Source of the DNA: Raillietiella orientalis
Lineage: Eukaryota
Reading direction: 5' to 3'
DNA length: 64,000 nucleotides
Assembly (NCBI GenBank): GCA_036172245.1
Contig: JAYWIR010000025.1
Location: forward strand, 1,054,001 to 1,118,000
The position numbers were made by a program, and so were the translations under genes. This document shows positions 51,351 through 64,000 of this stretch, one piece after another (positions within the stretch are counted from its first letter, which is position 1; every line of letters starts with the position of its first letter). The notes under the pieces were generated by a model. That model was given only the letters and a program-made list of their open reading frames with translations, did not search any database and had not been told where the DNA came from.

Positions 51351-51699
51351 GACTTCCAATTACGAAAGATCGTTTGATCGATAGCCTCGCGCCCTTTCAG
51401 GTCCTGCTAATACCAATAAAATCGCCCTCTGAAGTGCCACGACGGACGCTGGAATGTGGACGCAAGCGTTGCCATGGCAGCGGAGAGAAATTCTCCACCG
51501 TGTCCGCTGGGGAACTCTTGGATTCCGCCCAGGGGAGATGAGAATTTCCGACGCGGCAAGGCTGCGCCAGCGGGCGCACCGCCTCTGCCGCGTGTATGCA
51601 GGAGGAGCACCCTCTCGCTATCTGCGCGGAATCTCGGAAGAATGAAGCTCTTGAAATCGTGGGGGTCAAGAGGGCGCAGAGGCAGAAGACAAAGAGTTG

Positions 51700-52120
51700 C
51701 GGAGGGAAAAAGGCATGACGTCCTCTTCAGCCCCTTCAGGCGGCGGCACCTCCTCAGCAACAAACCCATGCCTCCTCCTTACCGCAATCATCTGCTGCGG
51801 TAAGGAGCGGCAACGTCCCGAAGCTTCCAGACGGTTTCACGAGGGTCAGCGAATGCGGAACTTCCGGGAGCAGGTCGAGGAAGTTTCCCGTCGACTGCTT
51901 TTCGAAGTGATGAGCCGGTCCAGCTCCAGACATTGCATTCCCTTCACCCGCCCGACGCTCTCGATGGGGACGGTGAAAGTTTTGAAAAGAGGCCGAACGG
52001 CTACAACCAGACTCTGCCATTCCCCGTTCGCGCAGCGCCTCTTCGCCAACATTCTCGCCGTGGCCTCTGCGTCCGAGTCGGCTTTTCGGTCTGCCCTATA
52101 TCCCTACCAGGCTGATTCTT
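51700..52120 (+). mobile_element. Degenerate R2-like reverse transcriptase fragment
   Basis: SSSAPSGGGT (SAPGPDG+T), CIPF...TVKVLKRG (+P....T.L+PK), FAQRLFANILA (+.RLFHKILA), LYPYQAD (L...Q.GF). Confidence 0.4.
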
Positions 52121-53149
52121 GTTCGAGGCAGCACCCAGCTGCTCTGCCTTCCCTCTTCCTCCCTGGCAAAGACTAGCTTTCGTCTCGGACCCAAATCAGG
52201 CGCTGGGATAGATCATTGGTTTCACTGCTTGCTAGCAGGAAAACTCGACAGAGGACGAAGCGATTTCTTTCGTCGGACTGGGACGGCGCATCCACGAGGA
52301 AACGGATGGCAGCGGGAGGGGGAGCGCATCCCGTCATCCATCGAAAAGTGCAAGGCAGACGAAGAGCTCCCATCGAGTAGCGAAAAATTCAAGGTCGGTT
52401 TCCGAGTTGTTGTTTGACCGACAAACCAGCCTCGTCCACCTCGATCACGGAAACCTCACAAACCACGATGCAGGCATCTGGGATTTCGACCACTTTCCAA
52501 TCACGTGAAGATCCTCAAATCCTTCAGGCTAATGGTGATAGGTTGAGAAAGAAAGCGAGCGGGCACACTTACGAGAGTCAACACGCCACATGGAGGCAGC
52601 TGATAATGGATCGCCAGCCAAAATAGACAAACATGTTTGTCGATGCGGGGAAAGTCCACTCGATCTATTCGACTGAGCAAGCGTCTAAATTTGCATGCAA
52701 TAGATTATGGAAAGCGAAACATTAGCAACAGTATCTAAGAGGATATCTAAGGGCAACGATAAAAATCACGGGCTTGGTTTTGTTGTTGCTGTTTAGCTAA
52801 CAAAGCAAGATTTGGCTGAAGGTTGCACTGGATGTTAAACAAGAACACCACGGGCAAACTTACAGAAGCGCCACTCGCGTGCACAAGACTGCGCTTGCTG
52901 CGCAACCTCGAAGAGAGTGCAAAGTGGGAATGAGCAAGGAAAAAACATGCAACGTAGGCGTTCGCAAGCACGATGGACCTAGGTGGAAGTGAAAGTTGCA
53001 GCAACCAGCAGATTTAACTCTGTTTGCAGGAACAATTGTGGTCTTCATATTCGAGTCGCTTCGGACAACTCCTGGAAGAGCTCTGGGCTCTCGAAACAGT
53101 TTGCATTGGTTCCATTGGGACTAAAACCTGGGGCTTCTGGTCCGAATGG

Positions 53150-53480
53150 ATCCCAAGATCTACAAATGGAGAGCATCACTGTCCTGGAACTGGAAGATGG
53201 AAAGCAGAATCCATCTGTTCAGTGAAAGAATTCAATAAACTCATTTTGAATCCAATAGTTTCGTGCTCTCGAGGAGCAAAGAAACGATTCCGTTCACCCA
53301 CATCTCTGCTGGCAAGTGCTGACGCGAAGGAAGAACTGGAATGCAAGAATCGGGGTTCTGGAACCCCGAGAAATCACAACGTATTCTTACTCACCCAGCT
53401 TCTGGTTTTGGCACCCTAGAAGACGACCCAGAGAAACAAACGTCGACGAAACGCTGCCAACTACACTTCACCGATATGTT
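53150..53480 (+). mobile_element. Possible Tc1-like transposase fossil
   Basis: RWKAESICSVKEFN (W+.V+FSDES+F) and LEDDPEKQTS (QDN+P.H.S); weak. Confidence 0.25.
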
Positions 53481-54619
53481 TCTTGCCACTTCAGGCAGCA
53501 AGTTGAAAACTGCTGATTGCTCACCAAATGCAACTGAATTCCTTTTACTTGATCGCAAAGGGATAGTTCCGTTTATTGACCAATAGGTGCAGTAGGAAGT
53601 TTCTAGAGGAATGCCACGAGGGCAAGCCATTTCAAACGGAGCACACGAAAAACAGATGGCAGAAACCCACGAATCCATTCATATTTTTATTTGAAAGTAT
53701 CGATGTGCTGCAGTAAGACTAACAGAACTGCTGCTGTCCTCCTGAAGCGGTCAGAATATATCGACTGCTCCTGGGCATGCCGAGGAATTCGAATTATAAA
53801 GTGGAACTACCTCAAGTTCTTTGATCAAAAAGAAGCGTTCTGGCTGATTTCCCACAAGATTTACTACTTTTTCAGGAGTATTTCCTTCCACGCATTCCAA
53901 ATGATGAATGTCGCTCGAGACAGATGCCGCCTTCATTGCTTCTCGTTCCAATTTCCGAAAAGCAGGTCCGCGAGCCACCAGAAAGAAATATTCGTACAAC
54001 CGTCTGTTGTCCGTTACTGGGGAAACTGCATACCCAGAGGGTAATCATCGGTAAACATCACCGCGCAGTTTCTCTGAGATGGGAGCAGTGCTCGCCCCGA
54101 AGATCGGTGGCTAGTAACTATTTCTTCCTTTTTCCGCTGTGTCCTGAAAGCACGCATTCTACAGGAATGATGTTACCATATGTGCTGAACTCGGAGCTAC
54201 GTGAACCTGCTTATCAGCATTTGATTCAGATCTACCCCTCTGGGTATATTTCATTTCAGTCTTCATTTTTAACTCTCCACAATTGATTGTGCCACAGACA
54301 AACGTTCTTTTGTGAGCAGCTGCAGGGAGCTTCCCTCCAGCATCGAGATCTGCAATTTTCAGTTTTCTTCCTCTCGATATCTGCATTTAAAGGAAAGCAT
54401 GCCATGAGTCCTTCCAGCAGGATGAGGGCTTGAAACTCTCATCACTCAGCCAGCCGGGAAGAACCGTGGGTTCTGTGACTCTTCGCAAATCTATAAGCTC
54501 CCAAGGGTCGTGGCGAAGGGTGGTGAGTGACAGTGGGACCTCAACCTGTTGCACACGAAATGCCCGCTTCGCGAAGAAGAATTTTCTATCCCCTGTGGCT
54601 CTGTGGTGAAGACACTTCA

Positions 54620-54850
54620 TGCTGCAAGAAGTAAAGGCATGTCTCAGAAAATGGATCAGAGCTTCAGGAATGCAAAGCAATTGCTCCTCCTCCAAACGTC
54701 AGATGCTCAGGCATGGGCAAATGTGCTGAAGAGACTCTGCACTGGTGTGAACGGTTGCTGGAAAAGCGGCGAACAGGAAAAAGGTGCAAGTTCTGAGGGA
54801 GTTTGGAACTCGCAGCTCTTGGCTGCCAGTAAGCAAGAAAATGAGGTGGG
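54620..54850 (+). mobile_element. Possible NeSL/R2-like post-RT fragment
   Basis: EVKACLRKW and AKQLLLLQTSDAQ...GVWNSQLLAASK loosely resemble +R..++.WL, A..LL.S.D and S.W..AR.A+. Confidence 0.22.
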
Positions 54851-56569
54851 ATTGCACGCTTCACCTCTTCCGGAGGTATCGGTGCACCTTGAACTCGTAT
54901 GGAAGTGTTCAGAGTAGCCAACTGTGCTGTCTGTCGGGCAGAGCCACTCATGTGGAGTTGGGTGATCGCCAAGAGGGACTTGGTGACTTCGTGGGGATCA
55001 AAACGAAAGTTATTTTAGGTATCTCGGGCACTGGGGGTGCTCGGGTTGTGCTGACAGCATGAAATCACTTTTTAGCTTTCCCTTCCGGAGGATGCTCCTT
55101 CAGACTTTGAACTCGCATGAGAAATCTTAGTAGCTTCACTTTTATAAACTTGAAGTTCCCGATGCTTTCTCAACGAAACAAAAGTATTTGTATCTGTTCC
55201 AAATGCTACAGCCTTTAATGGGGATGCTAATTCGTGGTGGCTTAAACTATTTGCACTTTTCTTGTCTTAAGGGAGCTTGGAAAAGGCAGAAACTGATCCC
55301 AAATCCTTGTAACATGGAGAGATTCACTCAGCTTCAGTGGGCTTCCTTCGAAAAAATGAGCATTGTAGTTCGATTCCCAATTATAACTTACCTAGTAGAA
55401 AAATAAAGGTATATGTATCACAGAGATAGAAATTCCTTCACGAACTCTGGTAAGCATCTGTGATCTGCTATTAGTTTAACCTTGGGAGCTGGAATGCAGT
55501 TCGTGTGGTATCCTTGATGACATCTAAGCGACTGAACGAAAGAGGACTATGCATTGAAGGTATAAAGATGTCCGCAACTTAATGTTCAGCGTGAAACATG
55601 GAATCAAGAAATGATTCGGATGCAAGCGAGCTGGTAGAGAGTTATCGGCATTCAAGTACGTCTAGCATGGCGATATTTAGGATTTTCTGGTGAAATCGAA
55701 GGGAAACTAGAGCACGGGAGTCATTAACATCTTGGGCTGCTTTTGTCGCTTTTGGATCTTCAGTCTGTCCATTATAGCTGCTTTATGGTCTTTCCAGTTT
55801 TGAAAACTAAAATCAGTCCTAAAAAAAAAAAAAAAAAATTGGCCTCTTTTTCTATTTGGTAGAGTGGCGGTAAATGTCATTACATTATAGAAATTGTATT
55901 ATCTGTTTCAGGTTAATCAATAGGGAATGCTCTGCAGTACAGAATTCCTAGGTTTTAAGTAAATTCCCTACTTCGAGAAACTTATCAGCGCTTCCAATGA
56001 TAAAAGCAAGAATCCGCAGAAGAAAAGGCTAGAGGCACTAATAGTATACAAAAGAATCTCAAGTATATTCTCAACAGCACAAAAAAAAGCAAAGTGTAGG
56101 ACACGAGGAAAAAGGAAAAGATGTTTCAGGAAGCAAGGCGAAACAGAAGAGATAGCGTTTCACTGAAGCAGTCAAAAGGAAATAATTAATCAGACGAACC
56201 CCCAGGATTGCCGGCAAGCAAGAGGTTCAACATCGCGCAAGCCACATTCTGAAGCAAAGAAGAGGGCTGTGATTTTCGGAAAATCCATGTTCAGAAATCT
56301 GACTCGTGATCTAGAAAGCAGCTGAACCAGAGGAATCTTTGCAGGGACATTGTCTGACAGTGAACCCAACACTGTTCAAAAATGCCTTCTTGGATGCTCG
56401 AGTTGGTTCGTTTTTTTTCTTCTTTTTCCAAAGAAATGACGAGTACAGCTTTCCGCATTCATGTCACAGGAGCGGTGAAGTCAAAGACGTAGGTCGATGA
56501 CGAGAGAACTACTCCAAATGTCAAAATTGGGGGGAGATGAAGGATGCAACCAGCATTATCTTACAAGGA

Positions 56570-57500
56570 AGATGACTTTGGTCAGAAAATCAGTATTGAA
56601 TTATCCTCACATTCATAAGACCAGGGGGCGAAAGATGCTGAAAATCTAAAAGGAAACGAACGGTCATACAATCCTGTCCCACTGGAGAAGAAAAAGGATT
56701 CTCAGGAAGCGATTCTGGGCTTGGAGCACCTGGCTCGAGTTCTGCATCTGCCATTGAAGAAGATTAAAGGAGCAGCACACAGAGGATTTCAGGGCTAACC
56801 ATAGTGAAGGAGCAGACCAGTATCAATGGAACAGAGTTTGGAAAAAAACAGTCCTGCCTGGTTTGCCTCTGGGAGGAAGATTGCCTAAAGCGTGCGTGAG
56901 TGAGCGCATGTCACCGATAGCTGCAGGTACATTAGGCGATCTGTTTACATTGATCATTAATTGATGGGGAGAATAATTTCAACAGATATTTTTTTACTTC
57001 AAGAACAGATGCAATTCACATGCATCCACGTGACCTTTCAGTTACTAGGGAAAGATGAAAGGGAATTAAAAAAAAAAAACACACATACACAGGGAAATGT
57101 CTGCAGTTCAAATCTCAAAACAGCAGAGGAGAACACAGTCAGCGCTTATGCGAGAAGAGCAGCAGTTGAGGATAAATTATATGGGACCGAACATCAGCTC
57201 ATTGGAAAAACAAAAAGGCGTTCCCTTATCTCGGGAGTTTGGTTGCTGGAGAAGACATTGGTTTAGTTCGTAAACAGAGCTCAGAGATGAACCAATCTTT
57301 GGGTCATGGAACACGATATGACACTAATCGCATCTTACGGAAGGTATGGTCTGCTGGATGCCCAAAAAGCAATGAAATTATGGGCAGACGAAAAACCGTA
57401 AGGGACTGGCTTTAAGGAATCACCAGTTGAAGCAGATTTTCCTCAAAATGAATGCTAAAACTTCCTCCAAACTTTAGAGTACCACTAACTTTTAGATACG
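56570..57500 (+). mobile_element. Degenerate LINE (R1/I/Jockey-like) RT fossil
   Basis: IILTFIRPG/KDAE...RSYNPVPL...EAIL..EHLA...AAHRGFQG (++.+.KPGK...SYRPI.L...E+++..RL...Q.GF+.G), then KRRSLISGVW (QGS++SP.LW) and IASYGRY (AYADD). Confidence 0.45.
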
Positions 57501-58054
57501 AAATGCCTTTTTTGTCCTGAAATTCATGTTTTTTAGAAGATGTGAACCGATTGTGACACAGAGCTTGTAGGTTGTGACAAACACAAGTAATGTAGAGGTG
57601 TTTTTGTCAGTTTCAGCTTACTCACTGGAAGCGCTGATTTTCTTTTGAAAAACAAGTATTTACCATGCATTGAAAACAGCTCTTTAATTCTGATATTATT
57701 CTGAAGAAAGTCTCCTTTCAAGAGAGGAGAAAACCTCACAGATGGTTAAGTGCTGAAATCTTGATGATTATACCGACGTTTTCAGCGAAGCAGAAATTAT
57801 AGAAGAGAAGTGTGATAGAAAAAAAAAATTCAAAGAAAGACTGTACAAAAAATTCAAAGAAAGTGTCAAGAGCTGCGAAAATGATGAAAACTTGCCAGAA
57901 AATCCCATGAGCCATTTCCGAACTTCTTACCGCGTGAAATTACAGACCAAAGCAGAAACAGAAATCTTGACTTTGGAGAATTCATCTACCTCGGCGTTCT
58001 ATTATACCTATGGTAACATAACCTAAAACTATAAACAGTCTACTCCGTCGCTCG

Positions 58055-58096
58055 GTTACGTAAATAGTGTGACAACAGTAACACTACTTACGTAAC
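58055..58096. repeat. Imperfect 42-nt inverted repeat (hairpin) with TTACGTAA in each arm
   Basis: GTTACGTAA-A-TAGTGT-G-AC-(AACA)-GT-A-ACACTA-C-TTACGTAAC. Confidence 0.8.
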
Positions 58097-59479
58097 TTCG
58101 TATCTGTTTTAATTTAAATTCATGGTCCATGTACCAGAGCACGATCTGAGTCCACGTTGCTAAGCATGGACCTGCAAACAGCATATGTTCGACCTCAGGA
58201 AATCTCTAAGGAACATGGAATGGAGGTGGCTCGATTTGGAACTCATCTCGGCATGAATGGCAGTCCTTACTTTACGGTAGGGTCTTCGTTACCTGGGAGA
58301 AAAGCCGAACAGGATGCGTCTACGCCCGCTTCGAAGGGAAAAGACTTCACAACGCTTGATGGCTAATTTGCAACCAAAAGCAAAAGAACCTTGAATAAGG
58401 ATCGGCTTATTTGTAGAGTACGAAAGTCCTCGAACGAGAGAGAACGAATAAAAAGGCTCCAGTCCTAAAAAAAAAAAAGTAAGCCAAAACGCATTGAATA
58501 CAGGAGGATCAGGGATGCGTAACCTGGAAGATTTTGAAATGTGAACGATGATTTAATCTGATGCAACGAAAGAGAGAAATGATAAGGCGAAAGAAATAGC
58601 TTTTCTTCATGCGAATTGAATTTGAAACTCCCCACTGCTTCTTGTGCACTTCCCATGAGAAATTTGGCACAAGATCTGCGATTTCTGGAGGAATGAAGTA
58701 AACTAAAGAGTTGACCAAGGGTAGTCAACAGCCTTCTAGATAGCACAGGAGAATGAGAGGGGTGATTATGAAGCTCCAACAATCCAAGGATGAAAATGAG
58801 TGCTGCGCAAGAATTTTCAAAGGTCATAAGAGTGGTCACAATAAGCGCTCATTTGAACTTAATGAGAACCTAAAAATATGCTATATAAAATCATCTCTGA
58901 AAGAGATTCAAGGATTACGAAGAGAAAGAGACCGATTCATTAATTGGAAAGAGCGCATCAGTCTTCATTCTGATGAGGCAGAAAGGTCGCAAAGTTGCAT
59001 CCAGAAAGGTGGACTCCCAGGCTAAAATAATTTGAAGAGTTTTAGGTCAAAAGTTGTTGCTTTGTTTTTGTTTATGAAACAACAAAAATAAGAATAAGGA
59101 AAATCCGAAGCGTTTTTTAACTGATCCGAGGATGAACAATCATTCGAAGATGAGATTGTGTTTGAGAAGCAAAAGTGTGGACGTTCTGAAATTGCAGTCG
59201 TTGGTTATTATTCCGCGAGGAACAGAAACCAAAGGTTCTGTTCTTTGAAGATATGGAAAGTCTTCTAAGAGAATTTCACGCACTGACTTGAATTTTTTTT
59301 TTTTTATTTTATTTTCTATCAATCGGAAGAATTCTTTAGCGCAGACAACTGAGAACCATGAGTACTAAGAGGTCACTTTTGGCAGCAGGTTTGCCACTTG
59401 GAGCAAGTCAGCGAGCAATTCTCAAATTAGAAAGACGGCTCTGTGCCCATTTTCAACCAGAAGTGACTGTCAAAAAAGT

Positions 59480-59900
59480 AAAGGAAGAAAGAAGTCCAAT
59501 TTTTCATTTTTTGAATGAGAATGGAAGGAGAATTTTCTCATGTACGTGTGCACACATCCTGGGCTACACGGTGACCTGAAAAAGAGCCAGACTTCAGATC
59601 AAAGAGGCTATGGGAGTTACCGAATCCTTTTGTCGTTTGCTATTCGCACGCAGAGGGCACGAAGAGAATGGGATGGGTCTGGTCCGCCCACCGGCGCCCA
59701 GGATGCTTGGCCCGTTGGGCTTCGACAGATATGCCTCAGGCCTTCGAGTCCCTGTTGATGTGCAAAATCTGGAATCGCCTTACCAGATGGTGGAAATGTG
59801 GCGAACCCATGAAAGCACAAACGAAACAAACTTGAATGCAGCGCGTTTTCGGGAAATCGTGTCATCCCGGGATACAAATAGGGAACAAAAGCATCCAGCA
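59480..59900 (+). mobile_element. Tc1/Tc3-like transposase fossil
   Basis: REWDGSG (RWIG.G) and LVRPPAPRMLGPLGFDRY (WPP.SPDL.PLDF.+W). Confidence 0.35.
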
Positions 59901-61329
59901 CGGCGTCCCCTGTCTTAAAATACCAAATATTTTGCGAGAATCCGAAACGTGAAACATTCCTTGGACACTAAAACATTCAAACCAAACCAAAGGTACGAAA
60001 TAAGTAAAGAAAAAGGTACAAGGGACTCTGCAGCTCAGTTTTTTTCTTCTTCTTGCGAACCCAGATGTCCTAAATAAACAGCAGTGTTTCTTCTTGCATC
60101 ACGTGTTTCCACCTCCGTCATTCCTGAAAATGACAGCTAATTTTCCGGCATGGCGGAGTACGTCAACTGTCATGTTGCAAAACGGCGACCACGGCCGGAC
60201 GTTTCCTTATCGGGACGCCGTTGCTTTATGATTCTTGATCAGGTGTTGATCACATCAGCACTTGATCTTGACGAGAACTCTTATCAGTCATCAAACCAAC
60301 CAACTGTTCCCACTCGAATCGTGGATGCGGTTAGCGTTTGTGTTCCGTCGAGATGACATCTGGTTCCCCAACTCCAAATCTCGGAAACGCACCAAGCTTA
60401 ACTCTAGCAACGGAGGCTGAGTTATCTCTGCAAATCAAAGACAAAGCGAGAAAAGCGATTTTTTTTAAAAAAAAAAAAAAAAAGTAGGAAAAAATTGCGA
60501 GTTCCTCTCACGCTCATTCAGCCATAAAGGAGAACAGAAGTCAGAGCTGTGTAAATGAGATTGGCCTTTGAAGCTGGTGGATGCCGAAAGGTTTGGTTGT
60601 GTTCTTTCGCAGATGAGACGAAAATATCACGAAACCATCGCCTGTGCTCTGAAACGTTTCCTGAAGTTCTTGCAAGGAGCGTGTTTTTTTTCTATTGCTG
60701 AGAGCAGAATTTTTCGACATAGAAATACGGAAACCTTGCTAAGAGTTTTCCATCAGCTTAGAAGAAACCAATCAATTTTTCTTCGCTGAAAACCTCAACG
60801 ATCGTTTCCCTCCAGTTCCTTCCCTTACTTCAAGAAGCCACACTGTGACGAGAGACAAAATTTTCTCTCCCGGCTGTCGGAGGTTTGGGGTTTTCTAAAC
60901 AGTAGCCACCTGGTAAATAAGTCGACCTTGAGGTCGCAAGGACCGCAGATAGTTCAGTTCAGCCAAAAACGCAGTACACAGAAATCAGAGACTGAAAATT
61001 TGCGCATCGAGCGCTGCTTTTTTCAAACCTTCGGTTCGAACCGAGACAGGTTTTGACAGAAGCTCAAGATCAGCTGATGTCTGCTCGAAGCAGTGGCAAC
61101 CGTATGCAATCTGGCTTTTATTTTTCATTGTGAGAAAGAGTTCCTTAAAATCCAGGCGTCAAAATCTAGAGATCTGATTTTCCACTTCGAGATTATGCAC
61201 ATGTCATCCACACTGAGTCCTCAGGTCGCCTGTCACTCTTGGTTTGACAGAAACTTGAATTTTTTGGTGTGCATGGAAACCGACACTCAGCTCGAGAGTC
61301 TGAAAGGGAGTTCTTTCTGAAAACCACTC

Positions 61330-62100
61330 TGGATAGGAACTCTATGCAACAACATTCCGCGAAGTTATCCCGACATAGCAGGAGATAAAGGCTGAGATTA
61401 CGGTGAACCATTAGAAAAGTTTCTTGAATCGTCAAATGATTCAAGAAACACCTCGAGTTGTCATGGAGTTGCCGACTCTTTTAATCAGTCAAGGGTATAT
61501 TATGAGTTAAGGTCCATCCATGCACTGCTTTGCTCTTATCAATCTTCGCTCCTTCATTACTGGTAAGAGCATCTCGAGCTCAAGATCAGCTGAATTTGCA
61601 GCTGCAAATCCTCGAATCCCACCTCCCAACTATCTGGATTCCGAATTCCTTTTATCCACAAACCAATTCTCCACGGATCATCCATCTGTCCCCACTTTTC
61701 GAGCCCACTTTATTCTGATTACCTTTCTTGTTTTCGATTACGTGGCTTCCTAGGAGCAAAGCAGTTGCTGCTGCTCTCCAGCCTTTCATCAGATCTTCCA
61801 TTCCACAGCGCATGGCGACGGACCATTAACACGATGACTTGCATGGCAACAACGACCTTGCATTGATTCATGAGCGAACAGCAAGGCAGCAGAGAACAAC
61901 CGCGACCATAGTAGGTCTCACGTTCTTGGTTTAGGGAGTTCCAGTATCGGATAAGCGGTGCCCAAAAGTTGTGAGAGCTACGGAAAGTTCACGAACTGAA
62001 AGACAAATCCTCTAGGGAGCAGGGACGACATGGACGCTGGTCATGATCTCTGGAAAAAAAGGTCCGTCCAACTTGTAAATCACGAATGAACTGTTAGAAA
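61330..62100 (-). mobile_element. Degenerate RTE-clade LINE RT fossil
   Basis: LDGPFFPEIM (DGI..E++K), then one frame YYGRGCSLL (NYRGISLL), RLESSSNCFAPRK (L...Q.GF+.G+S), GLEKWGQMDDPWRIGL...PDSWE (EK..E...P+.+.F+D..KAFD.V.W), then LLCRDN (L+YADD). Confidence 0.55.
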
Positions 62101-63639
62101 ATATAGAGACCTTGTCACGTCTGGAGACAAGGAGCACGAAATAGCAAAATGGATGGAAGAGAGATAGGAAAATCTTCAATGTTAGAAATAGAAGTGGGCT
62201 ACAAGTCAACGCTTCCACTAGAAAGCGCGGGCGGACATGCCATGGTTATGCTGAACTTCTTGCACACTTACGGCATCGAATCAATGTAATGCATAAATTC
62301 CATTAGGGATCTCAACCCAGGAATCGTTAGAGTATCTGCGAGTGCTGAGCTCCTAGTCAGTGCATTGCTGGTAGCGTCGAGGCTCCTGAAAAGTGTTCTC
62401 AGTGAGTTCCTATGTATCCGTTTCCGAAGTTGCCATCCCAAGTAGTCTCCTCCGTTCCCTGGATGAAGTTTCCAATGCTCAGTTTGATCACAAGTACTTA
62501 GCAGCTTAAGCTAGGCATATCTCCAAAAAGGTCCAAAAGTTCGCGTAGAATTCTTCAGTCATGATGCTTATTTTTACTGAACGACCTTTCGGTTACGAGT
62601 TTCCTTACCTCTGTTCACGAGTGACGAGATTTCTTACAGAGGCAAGGATCAGCTGAAACCCGAAGATGGTTCTTCCGAAGAGCGCGCATCTGCGTAGGGT
62701 TGCAGACGTCCGCAGATACTGTGCTGTTGTGCCACTTTCTCCACTCAAGGAAAATAAAAAAGAAGGAATCTTTGAGTGTGCGCTTTGTTGTGTGTGTGTG
62801 TTTCAGATTCTGCATCTCTCGTTTCTAAGGATTCTGTACCCGGAAGCCGGTAGCTTCAGTTCGGATGCCAAATCCTTCATCATTCACGTATGACCATCCG
62901 CAATGAGATCGGAGCTCACTGCCAGCTTTGTGGCTGTTCATCCAGAAGAAAACTGAAGATGCGAAGCGGACGACTCATCCGATTTCCCGGATGGAATGCT
63001 TGGAACGCCGACGGAGAAGTGTGCTTCACGATGTCGCTACACCGTTTGTGTTAGCTACGCTTTGATTGGTGAGACAATGAATGCAGTGAGTAATTAGGCC
63101 AGAGAGACATATTGAAAGGGTGCCTGATAAGGAATATTAATAGATAAACGTGCTTACTTACCCTCCCTCTCTACCCCACCCGGCACCGTCCTTTCCCATC
63201 TGATTTCCTTCAGGGATACACCCAGCATCGTGAAACTTTCCAATTTCTCAGAGCAGAGAGGTTTCATGCATTTAGAAAAGAAAAAAGGGGAAGGTCAGAT
63301 TCTCATCCCTAAACTCATGAATAAAAGAAGTCATTTGTGAACAACAAGTAGACCAGTTGCGGGAGGGCGCAATTTGGGATTCCGAGTCAAATTTTTTTGT
63401 ACAGTGCTTCTCGAACGTACGGCGAGAAAATTCGTGATTGATTGGGAGACTTGTTTCTCCAAGCTGGGTTCCGGCTGTTTCTCGAGGCTTCTTCCAAAAA
63501 ATCGTCGATAGGCAGTTTGGGAATAAATCTCGAAGTGTTCACAAGAAATGTCTGAGGCGAAGAAGCCGTACCCACTGAATTTGCCGATAGGGAAAATTCA
63601 AGTAGAAGAATCAAAAAAAGATCAAATTGGAAACTGCAA

Positions 63640-63930
63640 CATAACTCTTTTGTTTTCTCTGAGATGAAACTGCATGCTATAGGATAGTAGAATTGGCACC
63701 CTGCGGGCACCGTGCCACGTGGATCACAACCAGTATCACTACCAAGGAGTGTGAAGACCCAAGGCATCAGTTACTGGAAAAATTAGGACATTCCAACGAG
63801 GAGTCAGATTTCTAGTTCGGATATTATTTTCCCAAAATATATAAACACTGAAAAACTAGAAGCCTTTTAAAAACTAGGTCTTGGATTCTGTCTGAAGGAT
63901 TCTGGAGCCTTGCCGCAGACGGAAGTCAAT
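63640..63930 (+). mobile_element. Tc1-like transposase fossil
   Basis: One frame SFVFSEMKLHAIG**N (++FSDE..F.+.G..N), GISYW (+.VW), DIIFPKY (G++GP++), FCLKDSGALPQ (FQQDGAPPH). Confidence 0.35.
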
Positions 63931-64000
63931 TCGGAAAACCTCGTGTCTCATCTTTCTGTGGCATTCCCACAAAAAATCCGGGATCCGGAAAATCCCTTTT

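Noticed and set aside
52626..52641. Perfect 16-bp palindrome GACAAACATGTTTGTC (contains a p53-like half-site)
   Set aside because: About one such palindrome is expected by chance in 64 kb; only one half-site.
1..64000. CRISPR arrays, rRNA, tRNA, snRNA or prokaryotic defence systems
   Set aside because: No repeat-spacer periodicity or recognisable RNA gene seen; the sequence is intron-containing eukaryotic DNA.

Overview
Eukaryotic (metazoan, probably arthropod; inferred) genomic DNA with spliceosomal introns. The window starts in the last coding exon and 3' UTR of an AIMP2-like gene (+). It is dominated by one convergent, apparently complete minus-strand gene for an orphan rhodopsin-class GPCR resembling vertebrate GPR153/GPR162. 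My model for it is join(44630..43758, 18282..18096, 15934..15806, 8963..8143): 2010 nt, 669 aa, all GT-AG, intron phases 0/1/1 consistent, first coding intron 25.5 kb. The receptor has almost no N-terminus, non-canonical activation motifs, a ~340-aa C-tail and two uORFs in its leader. Introns and flanks alternate between GC/CpG-rich, TE-poor blocks and AT-richer blocks holding very degenerate fossils of non-LTR retrotransposons (RTE-, L1/Tx1-, NeSL/R2-like) and Tc1/mariner transposons. The fossils were recognised only by eye from eroded motifs, so their boundaries are approximate. I found no RNA genes, CRISPR arrays or prokaryotic-type systems, and nothing I can support as a wholly new biological system. 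Most long ORFs in the ORF track are GC-content artefacts.
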